Positions 1 through 8,299 are shown, numbered from the stretch's first letter. The stretch is 64,000 nt of DNA from Clostridia bacterium (GCA_900763875.1 CAAFLX010000037.1:20607-84606), one strand, 5' to 3'. The notes: generated from the letters alone by a model not told the origin. Numbers and translations are program-made.

Positions 1-236
1 ATCCGACCTGCAAGACGGTGCGAGGAGCGTCGATTTTCACAAAATATCCGCTCACTCTCGCCGTGGTCGTTGACGGAAAAAGATTTGCGTTTAGGGTGCA
101 GGGGCGCGATTGCCAACAGTACGTGCCCATCGAAAAGTGCGGCGTGAGAATCAAATTTGAATTGACGTCGGAGTGCGAAAAAGCATACGTCGCGCCCATC
201 GTGGTTGACCTCGACGTCGAAAGGAGCAGATTGTGA
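1..236 (+). CDS. hypothetical protein, 5' end outside window
   Basis: Frame 3 is open from the window edge to TGA 234-236; track ORF 18..236 merely starts at the first in-frame GTG. The stop overlaps the GTG of the next ORF (GTGA). No family recognised. Confidence 0.35.
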   Translation, partial: PTCKTVRGASIFTKYPLTLAVVVDGKRFAFRVQGRDCQQYVPIEKCGVRIKFELTSECEKAYVAPIVVDLDVERSRL

Positions 237-373
237 ATATAAACGAAATCATAGCGTCAATAGAGGAGCTGACAGTCAAGGTCGCATACCTCGAAAAAGT
301 TGCCGCAAACCTCAAATCCACCGTCGAGAGCCTCTCGAAAAGAGTTAGCGCGCTCGAAAATCAATCAGCATAG
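233..373 (+). CDS. small coiled-coil protein, 46 aa (below ORF-track cut-off)
   Basis: AAGGAG 221-226, GTG 233, TAG 371-373. Product VNINEIIASIEELTVKVAYLEKVAANLKSTVESLSKRVSALENQSA has a heptad-like pattern. It is packed without gaps between the flanking ORFs. Confidence 0.5.
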   Translation: MNINEIIASIEELTVKVAYLEKVAANLKSTVESLSKRVSALENQSA

Positions 374-382
374 GAGGTGCTT

Positions 383-1408
383 ATGTCATCAGTGTGGGAT
401 GAAATAAAAGACCTGTTCAAGACCGAACAACAGCTTGAACGGGAAAGACAACAAAAAATCAACGACGCCATAAAAAAAGAGGCGGACGTGTCAAAAAAAC
501 TTGCCGAACTCGATAAGCAGTATAAGGATTCGCTCCCGAAAGAGGAGAAAATCGACGTCGATAAAATCTTCCCGAAAGAGTCGGGACTCAAAGAAATCGA
601 ATATACGCCCGAAAGCGACGAGGATATCGTCAAAAGAGCGCAAAGCGCAACCGATAGCACCAAATTTGCGGCGCAAACCAAGATTAAAGATAGGTTCGAG
701 CAGGCGGTGGACGCTTTGAAAGAGGATAAATCTTCCGCAAGAGAAAGCCTTGCCGACAGCTATTCAAACCTCGAAAAACTCTATGACGAGCTGAAAGAAA
801 GGGCGAATAACGACTCCATTAGGCGCGGACTTGCAAGAAGCAGCGTTGCAACAAATCGTATCGACGCACTCGACAGACAGCACGCAAATTCCGCAACCGA
901 GGCGGAAAAGGCATATATCGGCGAGGTCGCAAAAATCGACGGGGAAATATCAAGGCTCGAAAGAGAAAAGGATAGCGCGCTCGAACAGCTGGATATTAAG
1001 TCCGCTGCCGACCTTGACGCGTCTATTGCAAAGCTCAAGGGCGAAAGAGATGAGAAAGTCGAGGAATATGAGAAGTATAACAACGATATCCGCAAAAAAG
1101 AAGCGGCGTTCCAAGATGATAGGCAAAAGAAAATCGACAACTACCTCAAAGCCGAGGAAGCGCGCAAAAAACAAAAAGAAGAGGAACAGGCAGAGTTTGA
1201 AAAACACTTTGGGTATAGCGGCGCAAAGTCCGAAAACTATTCGGAAAGATACCGCATCGCCTATGAGTTTTACAGCTCGCTTTCTCCCGATATCGCCGTG
1301 GACGCTCTCAAAGCATCGCCGAATATGAAATACTATTTGGGCAATCTTTATGACACTCTTATGGCATCGCTAAAAAGCAAGCGAAAAATGCAAAAGTTTT
1401 ATTTTTGA
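383..1408 (+). CDS. Lys/Glu-rich coiled-coil protein, function unknown
   Basis: AGGAGG 372-377 then ATG 383; the track start GTG 377 lies inside the SD. 341 aa of charged helical sequence, followed by a terminator. Confidence 0.65.
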   Translation: MSSVWDEIKDLFKTEQQLERERQQKINDAIKKEADVSKKLAELDKQYKDSLPKEEKIDVDKIFPKESGLKEIEYTPESDEDIVKRAQSATDSTKFAAQTKIKDRFEQAVDALKEDKSSARESLADSYSNLEKLYDELKERANNDSIRRGLARSSVATNRIDALDRQHANSATEAEKAYIGEVAKIDGEISRLEREKDSALEQLDIKSAADLDASIAKLKGERDEKVEEYEKYNNDIRKKEAAFQDDRQKKIDNYLKAEEARKKQKEEEQAEFEKHFGYSGAKSENYSERYRIAYEFYSSLSPDIAVDALKASPNMKYYLGNLYDTLMASLKSKRKMQKFYF

Positions 1409-1409
1409 A

Positions 1410-1442
1410 AAACGCGAGAGCAATTCTGCTCTCGCGTTTTTG
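1410..1442 (+). terminator. rho-independent terminator
   Basis: ACGCGAGAGCA 1412-1422 / TGCTCTCGCGT 1427-1437, loop ATTC, then a T-run. Confidence 0.8.
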
Positions 1443-1465
1443 CGTTGATTGTCAAATTTTTTGAA

Positions 1466-2851
1466 TCACTTGAAACTGACTTTCGAGATGAGATCGGCGT
1501 AGGCTTTGACGTAGATTGCAAAGATTGCTTCCATTGCTTTTAAGGTCAACCTTTCGTTGGGTTGATGAATTATCATCTCGCCGAATCCCTGCATTTCAGG
1601 GCCGAACGCAACGCAGTTTTGAAACTCTCTTGCATACGTGCCGCCGGGGGTGCAAATGGGTTTGGCACTCTTGTCGCCCGTCACGTCCTTGTAGGCGTTT
1701 GTCAACACTTGTATCATGTCGGAATCGGGGTCGATTTTGAATCCGACAGATTCGCTCAAAAGTGTGACTTTTGCGCAAATCTCGTTTTTAAGCGTCGATT
1801 TTACACCGTTTAACATAGTGTTTGTATCGGTTGAGAAGGGAAGGCGAGAGTTTATTTTGATTGAGAACTTGCCGTCTTCAAAGTGGCACAAACCGACGTT
1901 GACGGCAATCTTGCCGTACTCGTCTTCGGCAAAACAACCGAGCTTTTCGCCGTGTACGCAGGTGGAAATATACTCGTTGTAGATACGCACGAAGTCGCAA
2001 TTCACAACGCCGTTTAATGCGTCGATTGCATAGGAGATTGCGTTGACTCCGCATTGAGGTATCGAGCCGTGTGCCGCTTTGCCGTGCACTGTGAAAGTGA
2101 GGGTTTGTCCGCTTATCGTATGCTCGTTTGCAATGGCGTTTTTCTCAAGTGCCGCGCAAATTTTTGCCGCAACTTCCTGCGCGTTTTCGCCGTTTGTATC
2201 AAGAGTGAGGGTGCATACGTCGGGCACTGCGTTTATCACGATTCCTCCGTCAAGGCGCACAAGTTTTACGCCGTCGCCGAGAGAGGATTCGCCTTTGATT
2301 TCGATGCTGTTGATTGTCTTTTCCGCAAAAATGACGGGGAACTCCGAGTCGGGCGATACGCCGTAGGATATAGGCTCGTCAACTTTGAGATAGTGCTCCA
2401 TGCACAGCGAGCCGGTCTCCTCGTTGCAACCGAATATCACGCGCACGCGCTTGTCGAATTTGAATCCGTCGTCCATAAGAGCTTTGATTGCATACAGCGA
2501 GATTATCGCAGGGCCTTTGTCGTCAAGCGTGCCTCTGCCCCATATCGCGTCCTCGGCAAGTGCGCCCGAATAGGGCGGATATTTCCACCCGTCGCCCTCC
2601 GGCACGACGTCGAGATGCCCCACGATGCCAACAAGCTCGTCGCCCTCGCCGACCTCGGCATAGCCGCAGTAACCGTCAAGATTCACCGTGCGAAAGCCAA
2701 GCTCCTTGGCAACGGATAGCACGTATTCAAGACAATCCTTGTTGCCCTGTCCAAACGGCCCGCCAAGCACGGGCTTGTCAAGCACCGTCTTGATTTTCAC
2801 CGCGTTTTGAATGGTTTGTATCATTTGAGGATAATACTTTTTGAGATCCAT
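1466..2851 (-). CDS. pepV: M20-family dipeptidase (PepV/Sapep-like)
   Basis: 461 aa. GHLDVVPEGDGW...PP, WGRGTLDDKGP and C-terminal HQPNE motifs are typical of M20 dipeptidases. GGAGG precedes the ATG. Confidence 0.85.
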   Translation of the reverse strand: MDLKKYYPQMIQTIQNAVKIKTVLDKPVLGGPFGQGNKDCLEYVLSVAKELGFRTVNLDGYCGYAEVGEGDELVGIVGHLDVVPEGDGWKYPPYSGALAEDAIWGRGTLDDKGPAIISLYAIKALMDDGFKFDKRVRVIFGCNEETGSLCMEHYLKVDEPISYGVSPDSEFPVIFAEKTINSIEIKGESSLGDGVKLVRLDGGIVINAVPDVCTLTLDTNGENAQEVAAKICAALEKNAIANEHTISGQTLTFTVHGKAAHGSIPQCGVNAISYAIDALNGVVNCDFVRIYNEYISTCVHGEKLGCFAEDEYGKIAVNVGLCHFEDGKFSIKINSRLPFSTDTNTMLNGVKSTLKNEICAKVTLLSESVGFKIDPDSDMIQVLTNAYKDVTGDKSAKPICTPGGTYAREFQNCVAFGPEMQGFGEMIIHQPNERLTLKAMEAIFAIYVKAYADLISKVSFK

Positions 2852-2877
2852 ATTCGCCTCCGAATTTCGATGAACAA

Positions 2878-2906
2878 ATTATAGCACGCAACGATGTCGC
2901 GCGCAA
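2878..2906 (-). promoter_or_regulatory. putative pepV promoter
   Basis: Minus strand reads TTGCGC-17 nt-TGcTATAAT (-10 at 2878-2883), about 20 nt upstream of the SD/ATG. Confidence 0.45.
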
Positions 2907-2924
2907 GAAGAATCGAACAAGACG

Positions 2925-3236
2925 CTCAACGCAAACACACTGCGTGTCATGTTTCTTTTATATTTGGCGCACGCTTGTATGCAAGCATACGGTTTTGCTA
3001 TAGTAATGTGCATTTTGAGATGCACTTCCGTGCCGCTCCATTGACACTCAACGCAAACACACTGCGTGTCATATTTCTTTTATATTTGGCGCACGCTTGT
3101 ATGCAAGCATACGGTTTTGCTATAGTAATGTGCATTTTGAGATGCACTTCCGTGCCGCTCCATTGACACTCAACGCAAACGCACTGCGTGTGCTATTTCT
3201 TTTATATTTGGCGCGCGTTGTATGCAAGCATACAGT
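2925..3236. repeat. 122-bp tandem repeat, 2 near-identical copies plus a diverged partial third
   Basis: Copies 2925-3046 and 3047-3168 differ at one position (CATGTTTC vs CATATTTC). The third copy starts at 3169 and diverges. Each unit carries hairpin GTGCAT-N6-ATGCAC and inverted repeat GTATGC-AA-GCATAC. Confidence 0.95.
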
Positions 3237-3255
3237 GCGCCAAATATAAAAGAAA
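3196..3255. other. 19-bp perfect-stem hairpin/palindrome
   Basis: TTTCTTTTATATTTGGCGC 3196-3214 pairs perfectly with GCGCCAAATATAAAAGAAA 3237-3255. The 22-nt loop contains inverted repeat TGTATGC-AA-GCATACA (3219-3234). Confidence 0.9.
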
Positions 3256-3275
3256 CACCCTCACAAGTGAGGGTG
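3241..3275 (-). terminator. terminator of tRNA-Gln
   Basis: CACCCTCA 3256-3263 / TGAGGGTG 3268-3275, followed on the minus strand by TTTCTTTTAT. Confidence 0.65.
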
Positions 3276-3282
3276 TTTGCGT

Positions 3283-3356
3283 TGGCAGGAGCTATAGGAA
3301 TCGAACCTACACAGTGGGAGTCAGAGGCCCAAGTGCTACCACTACACCAAGCTCCA
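3283..3356 (-). tRNA. tRNA-Gln (anticodon CUG)
   Basis: The reverse complement folds as a cloverleaf. D stem GTGT/GCAC, anticodon loop CTCTGAC, T arm GTAGG-TTCGATT-CCTAT, 3' GCCA encoded, U1-U72 mismatch at the acceptor end. Confidence 0.85.
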
Positions 3357-3466
3357 TCGCGTGTGTTATTATATATCACCGCTCAAAGTTTGGCAATCAA
3401 TTTGGAATATCCAAAACAAAAAATAATGTCAAAAAGATAATTTTTGAGATAATTGACTTGTTTTTG

Positions 3467-3495
3467 TTGCAAAAATGCGCGATTTGATGTATATT
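3467..3495 (+). promoter_or_regulatory. putative promoter of tRNA-Pro
   Basis: TTGCAA 3467-3472, 17-nt spacer, TATATT 3490-3495. Confidence 0.45.
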
Positions 3496-3540
3496 GCAAT
3501 GGCAGTCAAATTGATTGAAGAATAATACAAGTTTATTTTT

Positions 3541-3617
3541 CGGGGTGTAGCGCAGTTTGGTAGCGCGTACGGTTCGGGACCGTAAGGCCGCGAGTTCAAG
3601 TCTCGCCACTCCGACCA
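3541..3617 (+). tRNA. tRNA-Pro (anticodon CGG)
   Basis: CGGGGTG acceptor, GCGC/GCGC D stem, anticodon stem TACGG/CCGTA with loop TTCGGGA, T arm GCGAG-TTCAAGT-CTCGC, CCA encoded. Confidence 0.95.
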
Positions 3618-3621
3618 AATT

Positions 3622-3649
3622 AAAAGCACGGGCAAACGTCCGTGCTTTT
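3622..3649 (+). terminator. terminator after tRNA-Pro
   Basis: AAAAGCACGG / CCGTGCTTTT hairpin with flanking A and T runs. Confidence 0.75.
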
Positions 3650-3710
3650 AATTTGGTCGAAATTGTCGGCAAATTGTTCGGAATGGACTCGGAATAGACA
3701 AGGCTTGCGC

Positions 3711-3746
3711 AAAAACAGAACACGCTTGCGAGCGTGTTCTGTTTTT
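3711..3746. terminator. bidirectional terminator
   Basis: AAAAACAGAACACGC 3711-3725 / GCGTGTTCTGTTTTT 3732-3746. Serves the minus-strand gene ending at 3805. Confidence 0.8.
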
Positions 3747-3804
3747 ATGGCGGTTTAATTTTATTCTTCAAATTTTAGTGTGCAAATTTTGGGCTCGCCT
3801 ATGA

Positions 3805-4647
3805 TTATTTTTCGTCGGCATCGCAAACGGCATCGGATTCTGCGTCAAGTTTGCAATCAGGTTCGTCGTGCGATTTTACGGATTGCTTCTTTTCGCCCCA
3901 GTTGCGCATAACAAGATATTTGTTGCCGAGAAAACTTGTTATCAGCGCCGCTATGCCCGCAACCGCTTGCCCTGCCATGTTGAAGAGGAATGCCAAGAAT
4001 CCGCTCGCATCGGGGCGCGCTCGCCAGCAAGCAGAGGTGATTGCGCCGCCCAAAAGCGTTTGCATAAAGATGATAAACACTGCAAGTATGGTGTACATTA
4101 TGCCGGAAACCACGACGTTGTTGGTGCAGTTGAACGTCTTTTTGCGGTTGAGTATGAACGTCAGCACTTGTCCTACAATCGAGCCAACCAAAAAGCCGAT
4201 AAACTCCGCCGTCGTATCGTAACCGAATATCGCGAATTTGCCGACGGGAATACCAACAAACGGAGAAGCGAGCGTTCCGCCTGCAAGTCGCATAAGGGAC
4301 AGCAAATAGGTGATGAGCATTTGTGAGCCGCCGCATATAAAACTGAACAGCGTGAACACAACCATTTGCCTCACGTCCTCGTTGGCGTTGATTTTGTCAA
4401 CGAGTTTTTGAAGTTTGGGCGGCAGCTTACGCTTTTTTGCAGGTGCGCTTTGCGCCGCGCTATCGAGGTTTTGCGCGTTGTCGGCTGTTTTGTCCTCGTC
4501 ACAAGTCGGGATTTGATCGTCCGCGCTTTTTGGCGTGAGAGAGTCCGATTGTTTCAAATCGTCAGGTTTTTCATCGTCCTTTTGGGTGGGAGGATTTTTG
4601 ATTTCAAATTCGTCGGCGCGAGCCGCGTCGCTTTTGTTTTCGTCCAT
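3805..4647 (-). CDS. GtrA-like polytopic membrane protein with disordered acidic N-terminal extension
   Basis: 280 aa. About 95 aa are low-complexity D/E/K/Q-rich, followed by four hydrophobic helices. FILNRKKTF and FLGNKYLVMRNW resemble GtrA-family signatures. Family call is tentative. Confidence 0.5.
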   Translation of the reverse strand: MDENKSDAARADEFEIKNPPTQKDDEKPDDLKQSDSLTPKSADDQIPTCDEDKTADNAQNLDSAAQSAPAKKRKLPPKLQKLVDKINANEDVRQMVVFTLFSFICGGSQMLITYLLSLMRLAGGTLASPFVGIPVGKFAIFGYDTTAEFIGFLVGSIVGQVLTFILNRKKTFNCTNNVVVSGIMYTILAVFIIFMQTLLGGAITSACWRARPDASGFLAFLFNMAGQAVAGIAALITSFLGNKYLVMRNWGEKKQSVKSHDEPDCKLDAESDAVCDADEK

Positions 4648-4711
4648 ATTTTTCCGTCCTTATATAAGGAATATATCCTGATACAAATTTTAGTATTCGA
4701 TATGGCGGTTG

Positions 4712-5521
4712 TCAATAATTTATTTTTTCAAGCACGCAAAGTCGGAAATCTGCGGTGAGAGATAGCTCGGTTTTGCGCTTGACGTCGTCAACGGACGACT
4801 TCGGCGCGCGGTAGACATAGGGCGTCATCGTGAGTAGGTCGGCTATCTGCTTGGACGAGGTCAGCTTGAAAGTGTAGGTCAGCTCCTTTTGGTCGGCAAG
4901 ATAGAGGTTGCTCTTTGGTAGGTCGGTTGCCACATCACGCACGTTGGCGTAGAGGGCGCGGCGAAGTTCGAGAAGATGATTTTCACACGGATACGCCAAA
5001 ATAAGCATTCCGCCTTGTTTCAAAATGCGAGTGTATTCGTCCATTGCAAAGGGCGAGAATACGCAAATCACCACGTCGGCAAAATTGTCGGGCAGGGGAA
5101 TATCGTACACGCTCGCCACGGCGCACTCGGCGGCTTTGTTGCGTTTGGAACATATTTTCACCGCGCTTTTGGATACGTCAAGAGCAACGTAGACGTCCTT
5201 TGGGTTGTTGCGTTCACCTATTATCGAGGAAAGATAAAAGCCCGTGCCGCAACCTGCGTCCACTATCGTCACGGGACGGTTGAACCTGAAATGAATCTCG
5301 TTTGCAATCTCCTCTGCAAGAGGCAGATAAAATCCGCAATCGAGAAAATCGCGGCGCGCTCGCACCATGTCGGGATTGTCCCCCGGCGCATTGGATTTGG
5401 GCGGAAGAAGATAAAAATAACCCTCTTTTGCACGGTCAAAAAGATGCCCGTTTTGGCATACGGCATCGCGACCTTGCTCGAAAAGAGGCGTTTTGCATTT
5501 GGGACATAACAGGTGTAGCAT
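4712..5521 (-). CDS. rlmA: 23S rRNA (guanine-N1)-methyltransferase RlmA
   Basis: N-terminal Zn ribbon CPKC...C..GH, AKEGYFYLLP, SAM motif VDAGCGTGFY. Collinear with RlmA/RrmA. Confidence 0.8.
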   Translation of the reverse strand: MLHLLCPKCKTPLFEQGRDAVCQNGHLFDRAKEGYFYLLPPKSNAPGDNPDMVRARRDFLDCGFYLPLAEEIANEIHFRFNRPVTIVDAGCGTGFYLSSIIGERNNPKDVYVALDVSKSAVKICSKRNKAAECAVASVYDIPLPDNFADVVICVFSPFAMDEYTRILKQGGMLILAYPCENHLLELRRALYANVRDVATDLPKSNLYLADQKELTYTFKLTSSKQIADLLTMTPYVYRAPKSSVDDVKRKTELSLTADFRLCVLEKINY

Positions 5522-5527
5522 GCAAAA

Positions 5528-5556
5528 ATTATAGCATTTTTTTCAAATTGCGCAAA
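5528..5556 (-). promoter_or_regulatory. putative rlmA promoter placed for a leaderless mRNA
   Basis: Minus strand reads TTTGCG-17 nt-TGcTATAAT-TTTTGC-ATG. The last base of the -10 (5528) is 7 nt from the A of the ATG (5521). No SD. Confidence 0.5.
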
Positions 5557-5573
5557 CGATTTGCATAGGGTGA

Positions 5574-5602
5574 TTGCAAGCAATCTTGTCGTGTGCTATA
5601 CT
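5574..5602 (+). promoter_or_regulatory. putative U32 peptidase promoter placed for a leaderless mRNA
   Basis: TTGCAA 5574-5579, 17-nt spacer, TGcTATACT (-10 at 5597-5602), then GAAAAT and ATG 5609. No SD. Confidence 0.55.
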
Positions 5603-5608
5603 GAAAAT

Positions 5609-7777
5609 ATGTTGGAACTATTAGCACCCGCAGGAGATAGAGAGGCTTTTGACGTTGCAATCGCAAGCGGAGCGGACGCCGTGTATCTCGGGCTTGACAA
5701 CTTCAACGCGCGTATGAAAGCGCAAAACTTTGACTGCGACAACATCGCGGAGGTTGTCGCATACGCGCATTTTTACGGCGTGAAAGTGTACGTCACAATC
5801 AACACCATTTTGCAAAATCAAGAGTTTAGCGAACTGATTTCGCTTGTTAAAGTGGCGGTTGATGCAAAAGTTGACGCATTCTTGGTGCAGGATTTGGGCG
5901 TTTGCAAAGTGCTCAAAGAAACCTTTGACGGCATTGTTTTGCACGCAAGCACGCAGCTTGGCGTGCACAATCTGCTCGGCGCGCAAATGGCACAAAAGGC
6001 AGGATTTTCTAGAGTGGTGCTGTCAAGAGAAACTAAACTCGAAGATATAAAAGCCATAAAGCAAAACACCGATTTGGAAATCGAATACTTTGTGCAAGGC
6101 GCGCTGTGCGTGGCGTTTTCGGGCAATTGCTATCTGTCTGCAAAAGAGCAAAACGCAAGCGGAAACAGGGGGCTTTGCAAGCAACTTTGCCGTTTGCCCT
6201 ATCGCGCCGCTGTCGGGGGCAAAACCTATGACGGATATTTGTTGAGCGCAAGGGATTTGTGTTTGTACTCGTCCATAAAGGAGCTTGCTGACGCCGGTGT
6301 GTGCTCGTTCAAAATCGAGGGTAGGCTCAGAAGAAAAGGCTATGTCGCGTGTGCGGTGCAGACGTATCGCAAAGCTATCGACGAGGCAGAAAAAGGGAAT
6401 AGTGTAAGGCTCGACGACAAGAGCAAAAGCATGCTGAAAACCGCTTTTTCAAGAGGTGAGTACCTTGAGCGCGCCTACCTCGACGAGGGGACTCCAAAGG
6501 CGATTGAAAAGAGATTCAACAACCACGTCGGCGTGAAAATCGGCGCGGTGCGGAGCGTAAAAGAGTTTAAGGACGGGCTTTTTGAGATTGTCGTTGCCAC
6601 AAAATATCCGCTCGCAAAAGGTGACGGACTCAAATTTTTTGACGGCGATAAGGAAAAAGCAAGCCTCGGAATCGGCGAGCCGAAAGCGTGCGGAATCGGC
6701 GCGTACTCGTTTGTCACAAAAACCAAGGTGAAAGTCGGTTGGCAGGTCAATCTCATATTGGACGCAAGGCTAGATGAGGAGATTTTGAGGGTGCAACGGA
6801 GCGTGCCGATAAGGCTCGAAGTCGTGGCGAAAGTCGGGTTGCCGCTTGCAATCAAAGCGATTTTCGACAAGGACGGAAAGCAAATCGAAGTTGAAAAACA
6901 CACCGAACAATGCCTTGAAAAGGCACTCAACGCGCCTATGAGCGCAAACGACGTTGCGGCGGCTTGCTCCAAGGTGGGAGATAGCGGTTTCGAGGTTGAA
7001 AGATGCGACGTTTCCACCGACGGCGTTTTTGTTGCAAAGTCGGTTGTAAACGCTTTGCGCCGTGACGTGCTGAAAGAGTTGAAAGAGAAAATCGTGCTTT
7101 CAAACGCGCCCCAAAAGGTTGTGTTCAGCAAGGAAAAAGCGGACGAGTTTGCCACCTTGCTTGCAGGCGTAAAGGACGTTGACAAATGCAACGTTCACGT
7201 TGTGAAAAGCGAAAATCTGTCAAGCAAACTCGTTAGGCACGGCGAGAAGTTTTTGCTTAAACCCGACGTTTATAGTGCGCAAAACATACGAAAAACCCTT
7301 GATTTGTTTGGAATCGGCATAGACGACGTAATTTTGGATTTGCCGATTTACGCAAGCGGAAAGGACTTGAAAGTGCTTGAAGCGGCTATTGCCGAGAGCG
7401 GTGTAAAACGCCTTGCAAGCGAGAATATATACGGGCTTTATTTTTCAAAGAAGGGCTTTGAGGTTGTGTGCGGACAAGGGCACAATATCGCCAACGTTTT
7501 TGCCGTGCATATGACAAAAGATTTGGGCGCAAGCGCATACGTTCCTTCGTGCGAATACAAGGATTTTTTTGCGGACGAGTGCCTTTTGAGGCTCGCAACA
7601 GACGAGGATGTTCCGCTTATGGCCTTTGCGCATTGCCCGTACAAGACAATATTCGACTGCGAGTGCGCTAGCTGCGCCTACAAGCCCAATCTCGTCATAT
7701 CGCGCGAAAACCGTAAGTACGCCGTGCGCCGAGTGCGCCTTGCAACTTGCCGTTTCGAGCTGTATCCGCTTGACTAA
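5609..7777 (+). CDS. U32-family peptidase (long form with C-terminal extension)
   Basis: Starts MLELLAPAGD...; AVYLG..NFNAR, the E..VQGA.C.A.SG.C region and FKIEGR are typical of U32 (PrtC/YhbU-like). The track start TTG 5561 lies upstream of the predicted promoter. Confidence 0.8.
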   Translation: MLELLAPAGDREAFDVAIASGADAVYLGLDNFNARMKAQNFDCDNIAEVVAYAHFYGVKVYVTINTILQNQEFSELISLVKVAVDAKVDAFLVQDLGVCKVLKETFDGIVLHASTQLGVHNLLGAQMAQKAGFSRVVLSRETKLEDIKAIKQNTDLEIEYFVQGALCVAFSGNCYLSAKEQNASGNRGLCKQLCRLPYRAAVGGKTYDGYLLSARDLCLYSSIKELADAGVCSFKIEGRLRRKGYVACAVQTYRKAIDEAEKGNSVRLDDKSKSMLKTAFSRGEYLERAYLDEGTPKAIEKRFNNHVGVKIGAVRSVKEFKDGLFEIVVATKYPLAKGDGLKFFDGDKEKASLGIGEPKACGIGAYSFVTKTKVKVGWQVNLILDARLDEEILRVQRSVPIRLEVVAKVGLPLAIKAIFDKDGKQIEVEKHTEQCLEKALNAPMSANDVAAACSKVGDSGFEVERCDVSTDGVFVAKSVVNALRRDVLKELKEKIVLSNAPQKVVFSKEKADEFATLLAGVKDVDKCNVHVVKSENLSSKLVRHGEKFLLKPDVYSAQNIRKTLDLFGIGIDDVILDLPIYASGKDLKVLEAAIAESGVKRLASENIYGLYFSKKGFEVVCGQGHNIANVFAVHMTKDLGASAYVPSCEYKDFFADECLLRLATDEDVPLMAFAHCPYKTIFDCECASCAYKPNLVISRENRKYAVRRVRLATCRFELYPLD

Positions 7778-7873
7778 TTTATCCGCAAAATCTATTTTAG
7801 GCTTGTCAAAAGCAATGCGGTGTGATAATATAGGGACAAGCGAAAGCGAATATTTTTGTAAGGAGATAAAACT

Positions 7874-8044
7874 ATGCCCAGAGTTATCAGCGATGAGTGC
7901 ATCCAATGCGGTGCGTGCGCAGATACTTGCCCTGTCGGAGCAATCGCAGAAGGCGACAGCAAATACGTTGTCGATCCCGAGCAATGCATCGATTGCGGAG
8001 CTTGTGAGGACGGCTGCCCCGTCGGCGCAATCAAGGAAGCGTAA
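7874..8044 (+). CDS. 2x[4Fe-4S] clostridial-type ferredoxin, 56 aa (below ORF-track cut-off)
   Basis: AAGGAG upstream. Product MPRVISDECIQCGACADTCPVGAI...CIDCGACEDGCPVGAIKEA carries two CxxCxxCxxxCP motifs. A terminator follows. Confidence 0.9.
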   Translation: MPRVISDECIQCGACADTCPVGAIAEGDSKYVVDPEQCIDCGACEDGCPVGAIKEA

Positions 8045-8061
8045 TTGCAACAAAAGTAAAT

Positions 8062-8092
8062 AAAAAACGGTGCGTTTCCCGCACCGTTTTTT
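8062..8092 (+). terminator. rho-independent terminator
   Basis: AAAAAACGGTGCG / CGCACCGTTTTTT hairpin. Confidence 0.85.
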
Positions 8093-8299
8093 ATATGTAG
8101 GGAATAGTATTGTTTGTTTTTGATATTCGAATATAAGATTAAGTATTTGTATTAATAAGAAAACAAATTGTGTTTAGATATTTTGATTTCAAAAAAAATG
8201 TTTGGGACAGATGAATCATCACAAAATTCCGATAAAAATGAAGTAAAAAATCACAAAAATTCCCAAAATAAGTGTCGGAGAGCAGAAAAATTGAACTTT

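Noticed and set aside
2925-3290. Tandem repeat as a possible CRISPR array.
   Set aside because: Units are 122 bp and directly abutting, with no unique spacers. No cas genes are in the window.
2894-3379. Track ORFs 2894..3166(+), 3188..3487(+), 3222..3440(+) and 3170..3379(-).
   Set aside because: They run through the 122-bp tandem repeat and across the tRNA-Gln gene. Their internally repeated peptide sequence is a translation of the DNA repeat. No SD and no family resemblance.
3283-3617. tRNA pair as an integration hotspot marking a genomic island or prophage.
   Set aside because: No integrase, no duplicated tRNA 3' segment and no phage or transposon genes on either side. The repeated sequence derives from the tRNA flank, not the tRNA itself.
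5561-5608. Track start TTG 5561 for the U32 peptidase. Likewise upstream alternative starts at 8520, 12267, 12860, 19525, 22802, 24750, 35847, 38746, 39497, 43393, 45525, 46283, 46602, 50609, 52884, 56464 and 61537.
   Set aside because: In each case a downstream ATG is preceded by a GGAGG-type SD or a correctly spaced -10. That ATG also aligns with the conserved N-terminus of the family. The longer versions add non-conserved residues or overlap promoters or terminators.
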